The notes beneath the pieces were generated by a model. That model made no database searches. It worked only from the letters and a program-made list of their open reading frames with translations, and was not told the DNA's origin. The position numbers and the translations under genes are program-made. A stretch of 62,912 bases of DNA, counting the filler. It is 3 parts of 3 records of this genome, joined end to end, with 100 filler letters (N's around TTAATTAATTAA, not from the genome) between each part and the next. Parts side by side here need not be neighbours in the genome. Positions count along the whole stretch, not along the records: positions 1 to 21,527 come from SRR31156797_12675; 2 more parts are not named here. The stretch is one strand, 5' to 3'. Positions 1 to 10,305 of the stretch are shown piece after piece. Each line of letters begins with the position of its first letter. Within the stretch, counting starts at the first letter, position 1.

Positions 1-77
1 AATTGATTATGTAAATTCACAAAAATATGAACTATCTAAAAACCTTTTACAGATGGCTTCACATATGGTAAAATAAA

Positions 78-1892
78 ATGGAAAAAATTATACGAAATAC
101 TTATGAAGAATTATTACAACTAAAACAAGAGATCCTTGGTCAAATTGATACCACACAAAAGAATCAAAGTTTACAAAATCTAGAAGCATATCTAAAGCTT
201 CGATCTTTAGATATTACAAAACTCCAAAGTGAACTTACAAACTTAGGGCTTTCTTCTTTAGGAAGAGCTCAAAGTTGTGTGATCAACTCTATCAATCAAG
301 ATATCTTTATCCTCTCACAACTTTTAAATAAAGAGTATACCCAAACAGATAATGATCTTAATGCTTTAAATTATGATGATGCAAAAAAAATCATGCTTCA
401 AAATGCAAAAGTATTTGGAAAGCAAGAGGAAAGCTTTAAAACAAGAGTGATGGTAACTCTACCAACAGAAGCAGCAGATTCACCACAACTTATTAGTGAA
501 CTTATTGCAAATGGAGCATCTGTTCTTCGAATCAATACAGCTCATGATAATCCAAATGTTTGGCAAACTATGGCAAAGTATATAAAAGAGGAAAATGAAA
601 AGCAAGACAAATATACAAAGATATATGTGGATTTAGCTGGACCTAAAAATCGAACACAAAAAATCGAAAAGATCTTTACCCCTTTTCGAATCGGTTCTTG
701 GAGAGAGCCTAAAAAAGTACAACTACTCTCTTTAAAAGATCCTTCTGCTCTTACATCAAAAGGGTATAAAGATATAGAGGGCAATAGAATATCTACTCTT
801 GTAGTAAGTGAAGAGTTTTATAAAGAAGCTAGAAAAGCGCAAGCTATTAGTATTGATGATTTTGAGAGAGAAAAAAGTCAAACCTATCTTATCTTACAAG
901 AGGATGGAAAACTCTTTATTGAAGCAGATAAAAAGATCACTATTTTTGAGAATACTACAGCTGAACTTGTTTATAGTAATGATGAAAAAGAATCTATTTT
1001 AAGCAGACTCTATAATTATGAGCTACTACCTGAAGAGATACGTCTTTTTAAAGATGATAAGATCATAATTGCTCAAAAAAACATCCTTGGTCAAGCCGAT
1101 TTTGAGTATCAAGGGGAGATATACAAAGGGATCATAAGCTGTAGTAATAAAGATATTTTTCCATATGTTAAAATAGATGATATTATCTATATTGATGATG
1201 GAAAGATCGGATGTAAAGTACTTGGTTCAAACGATCTTGGTCTTATTTGTCAAGTATTTTTGGCAAAAGAGAATGGAACTGTACTCAAAGAGGAAAAAGG
1301 GATCAATTTTCCAAGTACAGATCTACAAATTGATGCAATTACAGAGTCTGATAAGAACAATTTTGAGACTATCGTAGAGTTTGCAGATATCATTGGAGTA
1401 TCTTTTGCTCAAACAAAAGAGGATATCCAAATATTAAAAACTCTTCTTACACAAAAAGATAAAACTACGACTGCTATCGCTCCAAAGATAGAGACAAAAA
1501 CAGCTCTAAGAAATCTTCCAGAGATCCTAAAAGAACTAATTCTTTGGGAAAACTGTGCCATTATGATCGCTCGAGGTGACTTGGCTATTGAAGTTGGTTT
1601 TGATAATCTTCCATATATCCAAGAGGAGATTCTTAATATCTGTGAAGCGGCACATGTGCCAGTTATCTATGCAACACAGATCTTAGAGGGGCAAATGAAA
1701 AACAATCTTCCAAGCCGAGCGGAAGTCACAGACGCTGCTTTTGCTCAAAGAGCTGATTGTGTAATGCTTAATAAAGGTCCTTATGTCACAGATACTGTGG
1801 TAATCTTAAAAAATATTTTACGACAGATGCATACTCTATTTGCAAAAAATAGACAACTGCTTAGTATTTGTAAAGCATGGGAGATCAAATAG
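78..1892 (+). CDS. pyk: Pyruvate kinase, long atypical form with N-terminal extension and enlarged B-domain region
   Basis: TRVMVTLP, RINTAH, DLAGPK, IDDGKI, KGINFP, KIE, MIARGDLAIE, ATQILE, PSRAEVTD and DCVML motifs of pyruvate kinase. Confidence 0.9.
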   Translation: MEKIIRNTYEELLQLKQEILGQIDTTQKNQSLQNLEAYLKLRSLDITKLQSELTNLGLSSLGRAQSCVINSINQDIFILSQLLNKEYTQTDNDLNALNYDDAKKIMLQNAKVFGKQEESFKTRVMVTLPTEAADSPQLISELIANGASVLRINTAHDNPNVWQTMAKYIKEENEKQDKYTKIYVDLAGPKNRTQKIEKIFTPFRIGSWREPKKVQLLSLKDPSALTSKGYKDIEGNRISTLVVSEEFYKEARKAQAISIDDFEREKSQTYLILQEDGKLFIEADKKITIFENTTAELVYSNDEKESILSRLYNYELLPEEIRLFKDDKIIIAQKNILGQADFEYQGEIYKGIISCSNKDIFPYVKIDDIIYIDDGKIGCKVLGSNDLGLICQVFLAKENGTVLKEEKGINFPSTDLQIDAITESDKNNFETIVEFADIIGVSFAQTKEDIQILKTLLTQKDKTTTAIAPKIETKTALRNLPEILKELILWENCAIMIARGDLAIEVGFDNLPYIQEEILNICEAAHVPVIYATQILEGQMKNNLPSRAEVTDAAFAQRADCVMLNKGPYVTDTVVILKNILRQMHTLFAKNRQLLSICKAWEIK

Positions 1893-1898
1893 TACCAT

Positions 1899-3110
1899 AT
1901 GAATAAAAGCTTTTTCATCCTATCTATCCTTGTACTATCTCTTAGTGCAAATAATATAATAAACTATACCCAAGGGTTAGAGTATTATAAAAATAAAGAG
2001 TATGAAAAAGCTTTTCCTATTATCCAAAAAGAAGCTACGAAGGGAAATAAAGAAGCCCAATATCTCCTTGCAAGTTTTTATGAAAAAGGCTTAGGGGTTG
2101 AGCAAAATATACAAAGCTCTTTATATTGGTACAAACAAGCCTCATCAACTTATCAATATATCACAAAAACTACTCATACACCTAAAGAACAAAAAGTAGA
2201 TATCACTGAATCTCAAGATGATAGTGAAAACAATCAACATGGACTTCAATTTATGTATAGCAAGCTTGACCTAAGCTCAGAGAATGTAAAAAATGAAGTA
2301 GAAAAAATAGTCAATAAAGATTTTGGTCTTATGCCATATCATACAAACTATATCTTGCCACTTTCATATTCTACTCAAAATTACACCAAACACTATTCTA
2401 GCGTGTATAATCCTACAGAGAAATATGATAACAACTTAGAAAGTGAATTTCAGCTAAGCCTACAAAAAAATCTTAGCTATGATCTTTTTGGTTTCAATGA
2501 ATATATCACCCTAGGATATACACAACATGTTTGGTGGCAATTGTATGCAGACTCAGCCCCTTTTAGAGAGACGAACTATACTCCAGAGATATTTGTAAGT
2601 GTTCCAACCTCTTATGAATTTGATCAACTAAGTAACCTAAAAGCGGTTCGCTTTGGATATAGACACCAGTCAAATGGTCAAGATGGTTATAGATCACGAT
2701 CATGGGATCGACTCTTTTTAGCAACTTTTTGGCAGTGGGATAATCTTTTTGTAAAAGCTGAGGGTTGGTATAGACTTCCTGAAAAAGCAAAAAAAGCAGA
2801 GTTTTATGATGGATCAAATATCAATGATATGGGAGATGATAATCCAGATATCCATAAATATCTAGGATATGGAGATATTGAACTCAAATATCTTTATGAT
2901 TCTCAACAATTTGGACTAAAACTACGAAACAATTTAAGTAAAAATAATAAAGGCTCAATTGAATTTGACTGGTCTATGCCTGTACATAACTCTAAAAACA
3001 CTTACTGGTATATAAAAGCCTTTAATGGATATGGGGAAAGCTTAATTGATTATAATAAAAACACTACAAAAATTAGTTTTGGTTTTGCTTTTTTTAGAGA
3101 TCTTTTTTAA
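1899..3110 (+). CDS. pldA: Outer-membrane phospholipase A1 (OMPLA) with N-terminal Sel1-like repeats
   Basis: Signal peptide; Sel1 motif EAQYLLASFYEKGLGVEQNIQSSLYWYKQA; OMPLA motifs FRETNYTPE, HQSNG, RSWDR, GYGESLIDYN; C-terminal Phe. Confidence 0.88.
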   Translation: MNKSFFILSILVLSLSANNIINYTQGLEYYKNKEYEKAFPIIQKEATKGNKEAQYLLASFYEKGLGVEQNIQSSLYWYKQASSTYQYITKTTHTPKEQKVDITESQDDSENNQHGLQFMYSKLDLSSENVKNEVEKIVNKDFGLMPYHTNYILPLSYSTQNYTKHYSSVYNPTEKYDNNLESEFQLSLQKNLSYDLFGFNEYITLGYTQHVWWQLYADSAPFRETNYTPEIFVSVPTSYEFDQLSNLKAVRFGYRHQSNGQDGYRSRSWDRLFLATFWQWDNLFVKAEGWYRLPEKAKKAEFYDGSNINDMGDDNPDIHKYLGYGDIELKYLYDSQQFGLKLRNNLSKNNKGSIEFDWSMPVHNSKNTYWYIKAFNGYGESLIDYNKNTTKISFGFAFFRDLF

Positions 3111-3264
3111 ATATTTTCTATTTTACTCTATAAAAAACTAAAAGAAAATCATTAGAATTTTTCAATCTTCTAACTACTTCTATCAATTTTTTCACAATAA
3201 AGAAACAAAAAGAAAAAATAACGTAAGAAACCTCCACATTTGTAACTATCTTGTTGCTTTTTTT

Positions 3265-3273
3265 TGGTATAAT
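3265..3273 (+). promoter_or_regulatory. Putative extended -10 promoter (TGGTATAAT) of the glycogen cluster
   Basis: TGnTATAAT 32 nt upstream of ATG 3306, with a GAAGGA RBS in between. Confidence 0.55.
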
Positions 3274-3305
3274 TTTTCATTATTGTTTATTATGAAGGAA
3301 AAACT

Positions 3306-5795
3306 ATGAAAGCTATTATTCTAGCAGGTGGGTTTGGAACAAGAATCCAACCACTCACAAACTCTTTACCTAAGCCAATGCTTCCAATCTTAAATCGACC
3401 AATGATGGAACATATCATTATCAAACTAAGAGATGAGCTTGGTATCACTGAGATGGCAGTATTGTTATATTTTAAACCTGAGATCATAAAAGATCACTTT
3501 AAAGATGGAAAAGATCTTGGGGTAAATATCACATATGTACAACCAGATGATGATTATGGTACTGCAGGAGCAGTTGCTTTTGCAAGAGAGTTTTTAGATG
3601 AAACTTTTATTATAGTATCAGGTGATCTTGTAACAAATTTTGAATTTAAGAGAATAGAAAAATTCCATAAAAAGAAAAATTCACAACTTACTATTACGCT
3701 TACTTCTGTTGAAAACCCTTTACAATTTGGAGTTGTTATTGCAAATGAAGAGGAAAGAATAGAAAAATTCTTAGAAAAACCAAGTTGGGGTGAGGTATTT
3801 AGTGATACGATTAATACTGGTATCTATATGATCGAACCTGAGATCTTAGAGTATATTCCTCATGGGGAAAATTTTGACTTTGCAAAAGATCTTTTTCCAG
3901 CATTGATGGCAAATGATGTTCCACTTTGGGGATATAGTGCTGAGGGGTACTGGAGAGATGTTGGGAATCCAAATAGTTATAGAGAAGTGTATCAAGATAT
4001 CTTTGATGGAGAGATAGAACTTCCAATCAAAGGGAAAAAACAAGAGATCGATAAAGGGGTCGTATATCTTGAAGAGGGAGTAAGCTTACCTGAGAAGATA
4101 AGAATAAATGGTACAGTGATCTTAGATAAAAATGTAAAAGTTTCTGAGGGAGTTACACTTGAAAACTGTTGTATTGGAGAGAATACTAAGATCAAAAAAC
4201 ACTCGGAAGTGATCAACTCAATCCTTTGGGATGATGTATCAATCGGTTCTAAAACAAAGATCCACAATTCAGTGATCTGTAAGGGTAATATTATTAAAGA
4301 TGAAGTCAAAGCATCTCTTGGTGTTATTATGGCTGAAAAGTGTGAGATCGGGAAAAAAGTAACTTTTGAAAAAGATATCACTATGTGGCCTGAAAAGATC
4401 ATTGATGCAAATTCAGTGATTAGCAACAATGTGATCTGGGGAACAAAATATAAAGCATCTATCTTTGAAAATGGACGGGTAACTGGAAGAACAAATATTG
4501 AGCTTTCAGTAGAGATGAGTACAAAACTAGCTGAATCTTTTGGGTCTATTTTACCTATTGGAAGTAAAGTATATATGTCAAGAGATTATCACAAAAGTTC
4601 ACGGATGCTCAAACGTGCTTTTCTTTCAGGGCTTCTCTCAACAGGAATAGATGTTATAGATATCTTTACACCACCATCAAACGTGATGAGACACAGACTT
4701 GCTAATAATGATGAAGCAAGTGCAGGAGTTCATTTTAGACAAAGTGTACTTGATCCAACTAATACAGAGATCATCCTTTATACAAGTGAAGGATTAGAGA
4801 TCGATAGTAAATTAGCAAAATCGATTGAGAGAATCTTCTTTAGAGAAAGCTTTAGAAGAGTAAATCAAAATGAGATCGGTGAGATTGAAGAAGAGACTCA
4901 TATTAAAGAGGAATATGGAAAAGCAGTCATTGAAAGTATCGATACATCATGTTTGGATGATGAACTTAAAGTAGCAGTTGATATGATGTTTGGATCAACT
5001 TCAGATATCTATCCAAGTATTATGAATGAACTTGGTATTGAAAATATTGTTTTGAATGCGTATAAAGATGACAAATCACTTTCTAAACTCTACCAAAATA
5101 TTACTAAAGCACAACACAATATGGAAAATATCGTAAAAGCGATGAATTTAGATTGTGGGATGCTGATCTATCCAAATGGTCAAAGATTACAGCTTGTAGA
5201 TGATAAAGGAAACCTTATCTATGACTATATCGCATTACTTACTGTATTATACCTTCTTGATAAAACTACTAATGAAAAACTTAAGATCTTTCTCCCAGCA
5301 TGGGGACCAGACTTTTGTGAATTTAAAAACTTAGAGATCACAAGAGGAAAATTAGCAAATCTAAAAGCAGCTGAATTAAAGCAATATACACTGATCGCTT
5401 CAACTGATGGGCATTTTGCTTTTAGTGAGTTTGGTTTAAATACAGATGCACTTTATTCTAGCTTTAAGATTTTAGAGCTTATTAAAAAAGCAAATATGAA
5501 ACTCTCACAAGTGATCAAAAAACTTCCTAAGTTTACTTTTAAAGGAGAAAACATCCCTTGTCCAAGTGAATTTAAAGGGAAGATGATGAGAAAATTCCTT
5601 GAAGAGGGGAAAGATCTTGAAACATCATCTATAGATGGAGTAAAAATATGGGTAAGTGAAGAGGAGTGGATCTTAATGGTTCCAGATGAGCATAATGACT
5701 TTTTAAATATCTACCTTCAAGCTGAAGATGAAAAAAGTGCCAATAAAATCTTTTGGCAATACCAAGACAAGATCGAAAAGTGGATAAATGAGTAA
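3306..5795 (+). CDS. NDP-sugar pyrophosphorylase (mannose-1-P guanylyltransferase-like) + left-handed beta-helix + degenerate phosphohexomutase fusion
   Basis: LAGGFGTR...PKPM, GTAG, SGD, FLEKP, YWRDVG motifs; hexapeptide repeats; C-terminal PGM/PMM-like domain. Confidence 0.85.
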   Translation: MKAIILAGGFGTRIQPLTNSLPKPMLPILNRPMMEHIIIKLRDELGITEMAVLLYFKPEIIKDHFKDGKDLGVNITYVQPDDDYGTAGAVAFAREFLDETFIIVSGDLVTNFEFKRIEKFHKKKNSQLTITLTSVENPLQFGVVIANEEERIEKFLEKPSWGEVFSDTINTGIYMIEPEILEYIPHGENFDFAKDLFPALMANDVPLWGYSAEGYWRDVGNPNSYREVYQDIFDGEIELPIKGKKQEIDKGVVYLEEGVSLPEKIRINGTVILDKNVKVSEGVTLENCCIGENTKIKKHSEVINSILWDDVSIGSKTKIHNSVICKGNIIKDEVKASLGVIMAEKCEIGKKVTFEKDITMWPEKIIDANSVISNNVIWGTKYKASIFENGRVTGRTNIELSVEMSTKLAESFGSILPIGSKVYMSRDYHKSSRMLKRAFLSGLLSTGIDVIDIFTPPSNVMRHRLANNDEASAGVHFRQSVLDPTNTEIILYTSEGLEIDSKLAKSIERIFFRESFRRVNQNEIGEIEEETHIKEEYGKAVIESIDTSCLDDELKVAVDMMFGSTSDIYPSIMNELGIENIVLNAYKDDKSLSKLYQNITKAQHNMENIVKAMNLDCGMLIYPNGQRLQLVDDKGNLIYDYIALLTVLYLLDKTTNEKLKIFLPAWGPDFCEFKNLEITRGKLANLKAAELKQYTLIASTDGHFAFSEFGLNTDALYSSFKILELIKKANMKLSQVIKKLPKFTFKGENIPCPSEFKGKMMRKFLEEGKDLETSSIDGVKIWVSEEEWILMVPDEHNDFLNIYLQAEDEKSANKIFWQYQDKIEKWINE

Positions 5796-7860
5796 CAATA
5801 AAAAGCTCCATCTAGCTTTTCTTTGGCATATGCATCAGCCTTATTATAAGGATGATAAAGATGCCATCACTTTTATGCCTTGGGTATTTTTACACGCTAT
5901 TAAAGACTACTATGATATCCCATGGTACTCTGAAAACTTCCCAAACATAAAAGCAACCTATAATCTTGTCCCATCTCTTCTTTTTCAAATCGAATCGTAT
6001 ATCAACCATAGTGCCAATGATAAACTTTTGGAGATCATGAAAAAAGAGATCCCTGCTTTAAATCATGATGAATTTGAGTTTTTACAAAGCTATCTTTTTT
6101 TATCCAATGAAAAAAACATGATCAAACCACTTCCACGGTATCATGAACTTTTTTTAAAATATAAGATCAATTCCACTATAAAAGAGTTTGAATATCAAGA
6201 GATACTTGATTGTGAGGTTCTATTTTTACTTTCATGGTGTGGAAACTATCTAAGAGAGAATAATGAGATCGTACAACATCTTTTAGAAAAACAGCACTTT
6301 TACTCACAGCAAGATAAGATCCATCTTATAGATAGTTTGATCAAATTTTTACCACAAATCCTAGAATATTATAAGAGTCTTAATGACTCAGGGAAAATCA
6401 CCCTTTGTACTACACCATACTATCATCCTATTACACCACTATTGCTTGATATCAATAGTGCCGTTGAAGCGAAACCTCATGTGACTTTACCAAAAGTTGA
6501 CTCAAGCTTTCAAGCTTTAGGAGAAAAAAATACTCATCAAGCGATTGAATACTTTGAAAAACTATTTGGGAAAAAACCTACTGGATTTTGGCCTGCTGAG
6601 GGAAGTGTGAGTTTAAAAACAGCAAAGCTATTTGCCAATAATGATCTAAAATGGTTTTGTACAGATGAAGAGGTTTTATTTAAAACTATTCACAATAATG
6701 AAAAACACAATATCTATAAAAACTATACTCTTGATATTGAGGGAAAAACCATTGATATACGATTTCGAGATCATTTTTTAAGTGATTCTATAGGATTTGA
6801 ATATAGTAACAAACACCCTAGAATAGCCGCTTTAGAATTTATAAAACATCTTGAAAATATCTATAACTCTCATCAATTCTCCCCTTTAGTCAATGTGATC
6901 TTAGATGGGGAAAATGCTTGGGAGTTCTTTCCACATAATGCAAAAGAGTTTTTCACTGAGCTCTATACCCTTTTAGAAGAGCTTTCTTGGATAGACACAG
7001 TAACTATGGATGAGATTAGTACAAAAGAGGATATTCAGAACTTTACCCTGCCAACACTTACAAGTGGAAGCTGGATCAATGGAAACTTTGATATTTGGAT
7101 AGGAAGTGATGAAAAAAATCGAGCATGGGAGCTTCTTGATCTTACTATGAAAGATTATATGACATTTAAAGAGACTCTTGATCCTCATACTAATAGTCTA
7201 ATTGAAAAAGAGTTTATGATAGCACTTGGAAGTGATTGGTTTTGGTGGTATGGGGATGATCACTTTACTATCCAAGCAAAAGAGTTTGATGAACTATTTA
7301 GAAAACACTTGATCAATATCTATCAATATATGGAGCTAGATACCCCATCACTAATACTCAAACCAATTATAAAAACCAATACTTCTCAAACCTTTCATAC
7401 AAAACCTATTAATTTTATCTCCCCAACTATTGATGGATTGAAAAGTAACTATTTTGAATGGCTTGGAGCTGGAGCTGTAGATATCTCTAAAGAGTTTAGT
7501 GTAATGGATGGATCTAAAAATATCGTACAAAAGATTTTATATGGATATGATGAAGAGAATCTGTATCTATTTTTTGAAGCTTCATTTTCAAAAAAACACC
7601 ATTTAATACTTAGCCTTAATGAAGAACAATTTAAATTTATCCCATGTAAAAACGACAATATAGAGGGGATCAACTCCTATTGTAGCAAAAAAAGTATGGA
7701 ACTTAAAGTTCCAAAAAGTATAATCACACCAAATGATACAAATGAGATCAGTTTTTCATTTACTATTAAAGAGGAAGAAAAGGTATTACAAACCTTTCCT
7801 ATCTATAATGATTTTATTATTACACTAGAAAACTGCGAACTACATCACTGGTTCGTATAG
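5788..7860 (+). CDS. Glycoside hydrolase family 57 (amylopullulanase / alpha-glucan-active)
   Basis: GH57 conserved regions WHMHQP, TPYYHPITPLL, GFWPAEG, LDGENAWE, GSDWFWWYG. Confidence 0.9.
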   Translation: MSNNKKLHLAFLWHMHQPYYKDDKDAITFMPWVFLHAIKDYYDIPWYSENFPNIKATYNLVPSLLFQIESYINHSANDKLLEIMKKEIPALNHDEFEFLQSYLFLSNEKNMIKPLPRYHELFLKYKINSTIKEFEYQEILDCEVLFLLSWCGNYLRENNEIVQHLLEKQHFYSQQDKIHLIDSLIKFLPQILEYYKSLNDSGKITLCTTPYYHPITPLLLDINSAVEAKPHVTLPKVDSSFQALGEKNTHQAIEYFEKLFGKKPTGFWPAEGSVSLKTAKLFANNDLKWFCTDEEVLFKTIHNNEKHNIYKNYTLDIEGKTIDIRFRDHFLSDSIGFEYSNKHPRIAALEFIKHLENIYNSHQFSPLVNVILDGENAWEFFPHNAKEFFTELYTLLEELSWIDTVTMDEISTKEDIQNFTLPTLTSGSWINGNFDIWIGSDEKNRAWELLDLTMKDYMTFKETLDPHTNSLIEKEFMIALGSDWFWWYGDDHFTIQAKEFDELFRKHLINIYQYMELDTPSLILKPIIKTNTSQTFHTKPINFISPTIDGLKSNYFEWLGAGAVDISKEFSVMDGSKNIVQKILYGYDEENLYLFFEASFSKKHHLILSLNEEQFKFIPCKNDNIEGINSYCSKKSMELKVPKSIITPNDTNEISFSFTIKEEEKVLQTFPIYNDFIITLENCELHHWFV

Positions 7861-7868
7861 GAGATATT

Positions 7869-8840
7869 TTGTCTGAATTTCGATATAACAAACTAGAAAA
7901 AGAGTGGGTTTTATTTGCTCCAAATCGAGCAAAAAGAACACAACACCACTATAAAAACATACAAGAACAAGATGAGAAACACTGCCCATTTGGAAAAGGA
8001 AATGAATCCCTTACTCCACATGAGGTCCTTCGGATTGGAAATGAGGAGGGATGGAGATGTAGAGTTGTACCAAATCTGTACAATGCTCTAAGTATCGAAC
8101 ACCCTATCAATTCATATAAACATCTAAACTTTGAGAATAAAAGTGCCTTTGGGGCTCATGAAGTGATCATTGAAACACCTGAACACAATAGGCAAATGTA
8201 TCATTTTGAGACCTCTGAGTTTTTTGACTACTTTTCAATCATTAAACTTCGTCTACTTGATCTAAAAAAAGATACAAGAATGCAATATTTTAGTATCTTT
8301 AAAAATAATGGAGTTGATGCTGGAGCTTCCCAAACCCATGCACACTCACAAATTATTGCTACTCCTTTTATCCCTAAAACTATTCAAGAAGATTTAACAG
8401 GATTTAAAGAGCATAAAGAGCAAACCCACAGAGACTTTTTTGATGATCTTTTATATGATGAAAGAAACTTTGAAAAAGGAATCTTAAAAGAGAATAATTT
8501 TTTTATAGCCTATTGCCCATATGCTTCAAAATACCCATTTGAAGTGATGATCATGGCAAAAGAAAATTTAAACTCTATCATCAAACTTGAAGAATCACAT
8601 CTCTATGCGTTAAGTGATATTAGCCATTATGTATTTCAAAAGCTCTATCATGCCTTAGGAGAGTTTCCATTTAATATGATCATCAAAAACGGTGATCTTC
8701 AAAATGAAAACTCATTTCATAGATTTCATATCCAAATACTCCCAAGACTTTTTAAAAATGCGGGATTTGAATTGGATACTGAGATCTTTATCAATACATT
8801 TTTACCTGAAGATGTTGTTCAAATTTTAAAGGAGAGTTAA
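7869..8840 (+). CDS. galT: GalT-like (HIT superfamily) nucleotidyltransferase
   Basis: RAKR, CPF, RVVPNLY, GAHEVIIE, GASQTHAHSQ (HxHxQ); TTG start after AGGAG. Confidence 0.8.
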   Translation: MSEFRYNKLEKEWVLFAPNRAKRTQHHYKNIQEQDEKHCPFGKGNESLTPHEVLRIGNEEGWRCRVVPNLYNALSIEHPINSYKHLNFENKSAFGAHEVIIETPEHNRQMYHFETSEFFDYFSIIKLRLLDLKKDTRMQYFSIFKNNGVDAGASQTHAHSQIIATPFIPKTIQEDLTGFKEHKEQTHRDFFDDLLYDERNFEKGILKENNFFIAYCPYASKYPFEVMIMAKENLNSIIKLEESHLYALSDISHYVFQKLYHALGEFPFNMIIKNGDLQNENSFHRFHIQILPRLFKNAGFELDTEIFINTFLPEDVVQILKES

Positions 8841-10276
8841 TGAATATTTTATTTTGTACTAGTGAGATGTACCCATATGCAAAAAGTGGAGGATTAGGGG
8901 ATGTGGCGCAAAGCCTCCCTGAAGCTCTAAGAAAAAAGAATAAAGTTTATACACTTTTACCTCTTTATCAAACAATAGATCGTGATAAATTCAATATTGA
9001 ATATGCCAATGTTACCTTTACCTATTGGCTAAGAGGAGTAGAACACCAGTTTGATATCTTTGTAAATAGTAAGAATAAATATGAATTATTTATTTATAAT
9101 CCAATTTTATGTGATAGACAAGGACTATATCATGATAATAATGGAGATTTTGGAGACAATGCTTTAAGATTTGGTCTTTTTTCTTATGCTTGTCTTGAAG
9201 TGATGATACGTATGAAGCTTAAAATTGATACAATTCATGTCAATGACTGGCAAACATCATTGATTCCGCTTCTTGTAAAGACAAGATATAACCTTCCACA
9301 ACCTACAGTTCTTACGATCCATAACCTTGCATACCAAGGGATATTTGATAAAGAAGTTATGTATGATCTTGAACTTGAATGGGAAAAATGTTTTAAACCT
9401 GAAGCACTAGAGTATTTTGATAAAGTAAACTTTTTAAAAGCTGGGATCTATTATAGTGATAAGGTAACTACGGTCAGTCCTACTTACGCAAGTGAGATTC
9501 AAACTCCTCTCTTTGGGAAGACCCTTGATAAAGTACTAAGAGACAATAACTATAAACTTCAAGGGATCCTTAATGGGATCAGTTATGAGACCTTTAGTCC
9601 TGACGTGGATGATATGATTTATAAAAATTATGGAGTAAAATCTTTAGACGATAAAAGGACGAATAAGAAAAAACTTTTAGAAGAGATAGGCTTTGTTGAA
9701 GTAGATAAACCACTTTTTGTGTTCATCGGAAGATTTACCCATCAAAAAGGGATTGATCTTTTAATAGAGAGTTTTAATCTTGTGAAAAACTTTGAAGCTA
9801 ACTTTATAGTATTAGGAAGTGGAGAAGATCACTATAATACTATTTTTAATAATATCTCAGTATGTTATCCAAATGTTTATATCAAAGTAGGATACAATGA
9901 AGCCTTTTCTAGGAAACTCTACGCTGCATGCGATTTTTTACTGATGCCATCACTCTTTGAGCCATGTGGATTAAATCAAATGATCTCTATGAAATATGGA
10001 GCTATGCCTATTGTAGCTAAAACTGGTGGCTTGCGAGATAGTGTTGTTGACTTTACGGATGTGGATTATAATAATCTAAAAAACTATATTGGAGTTGGTA
10101 TAACGTATGAAGAGCATAATCTCTTTTGGTTTATGCATGCTATTGCAAAGGCTCTTTCAATTTATGGAAACCATAAAAAATTTGAAAAAACGATCAAACA
10201 CAATATGAAAGTTGATAACTCTTGGAAAAACTCAGCAGCTGAGTATATGAAGATATATGAAGAATTACAAAGATAG
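8840..10276 (+). CDS. glgA: Glycogen/starch synthase (GT5)
   Basis: KSGGLGDV, HVNDWQT, TIHNLAYQG, TVSPTYA, PSLFEPCGLNQM, TGGLRD. Confidence 0.93.
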   Translation: MNILFCTSEMYPYAKSGGLGDVAQSLPEALRKKNKVYTLLPLYQTIDRDKFNIEYANVTFTYWLRGVEHQFDIFVNSKNKYELFIYNPILCDRQGLYHDNNGDFGDNALRFGLFSYACLEVMIRMKLKIDTIHVNDWQTSLIPLLVKTRYNLPQPTVLTIHNLAYQGIFDKEVMYDLELEWEKCFKPEALEYFDKVNFLKAGIYYSDKVTTVSPTYASEIQTPLFGKTLDKVLRDNNYKLQGILNGISYETFSPDVDDMIYKNYGVKSLDDKRTNKKKLLEEIGFVEVDKPLFVFIGRFTHQKGIDLLIESFNLVKNFEANFIVLGSGEDHYNTIFNNISVCYPNVYIKVGYNEAFSRKLYAACDFLLMPSLFEPCGLNQMISMKYGAMPIVAKTGGLRDSVVDFTDVDYNNLKNYIGVGITYEEHNLFWFMHAIAKALSIYGNHKKFEKTIKHNMKVDNSWKNSAAEYMKIYEELQR

Positions 10277-10296
10277 AAGAAACTCTATCTTTGTAA
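10265..10296. terminator. Hairpin between convergent genes, probable bidirectional terminator
   Basis: TTACAAAGATAGA-agaaac-TCTATCTTTGTAA, 13-bp perfect stem. Confidence 0.6.
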
Positions 10297-10305
10297 CTTA
10301 GTAGC

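Noticed and set aside
66-80. TGGTAAAAT just before the pyk ATG as a leaderless promoter
   Set aside because: Only 3 nt between the -10 element and the ATG, too short for a start site at the ATG
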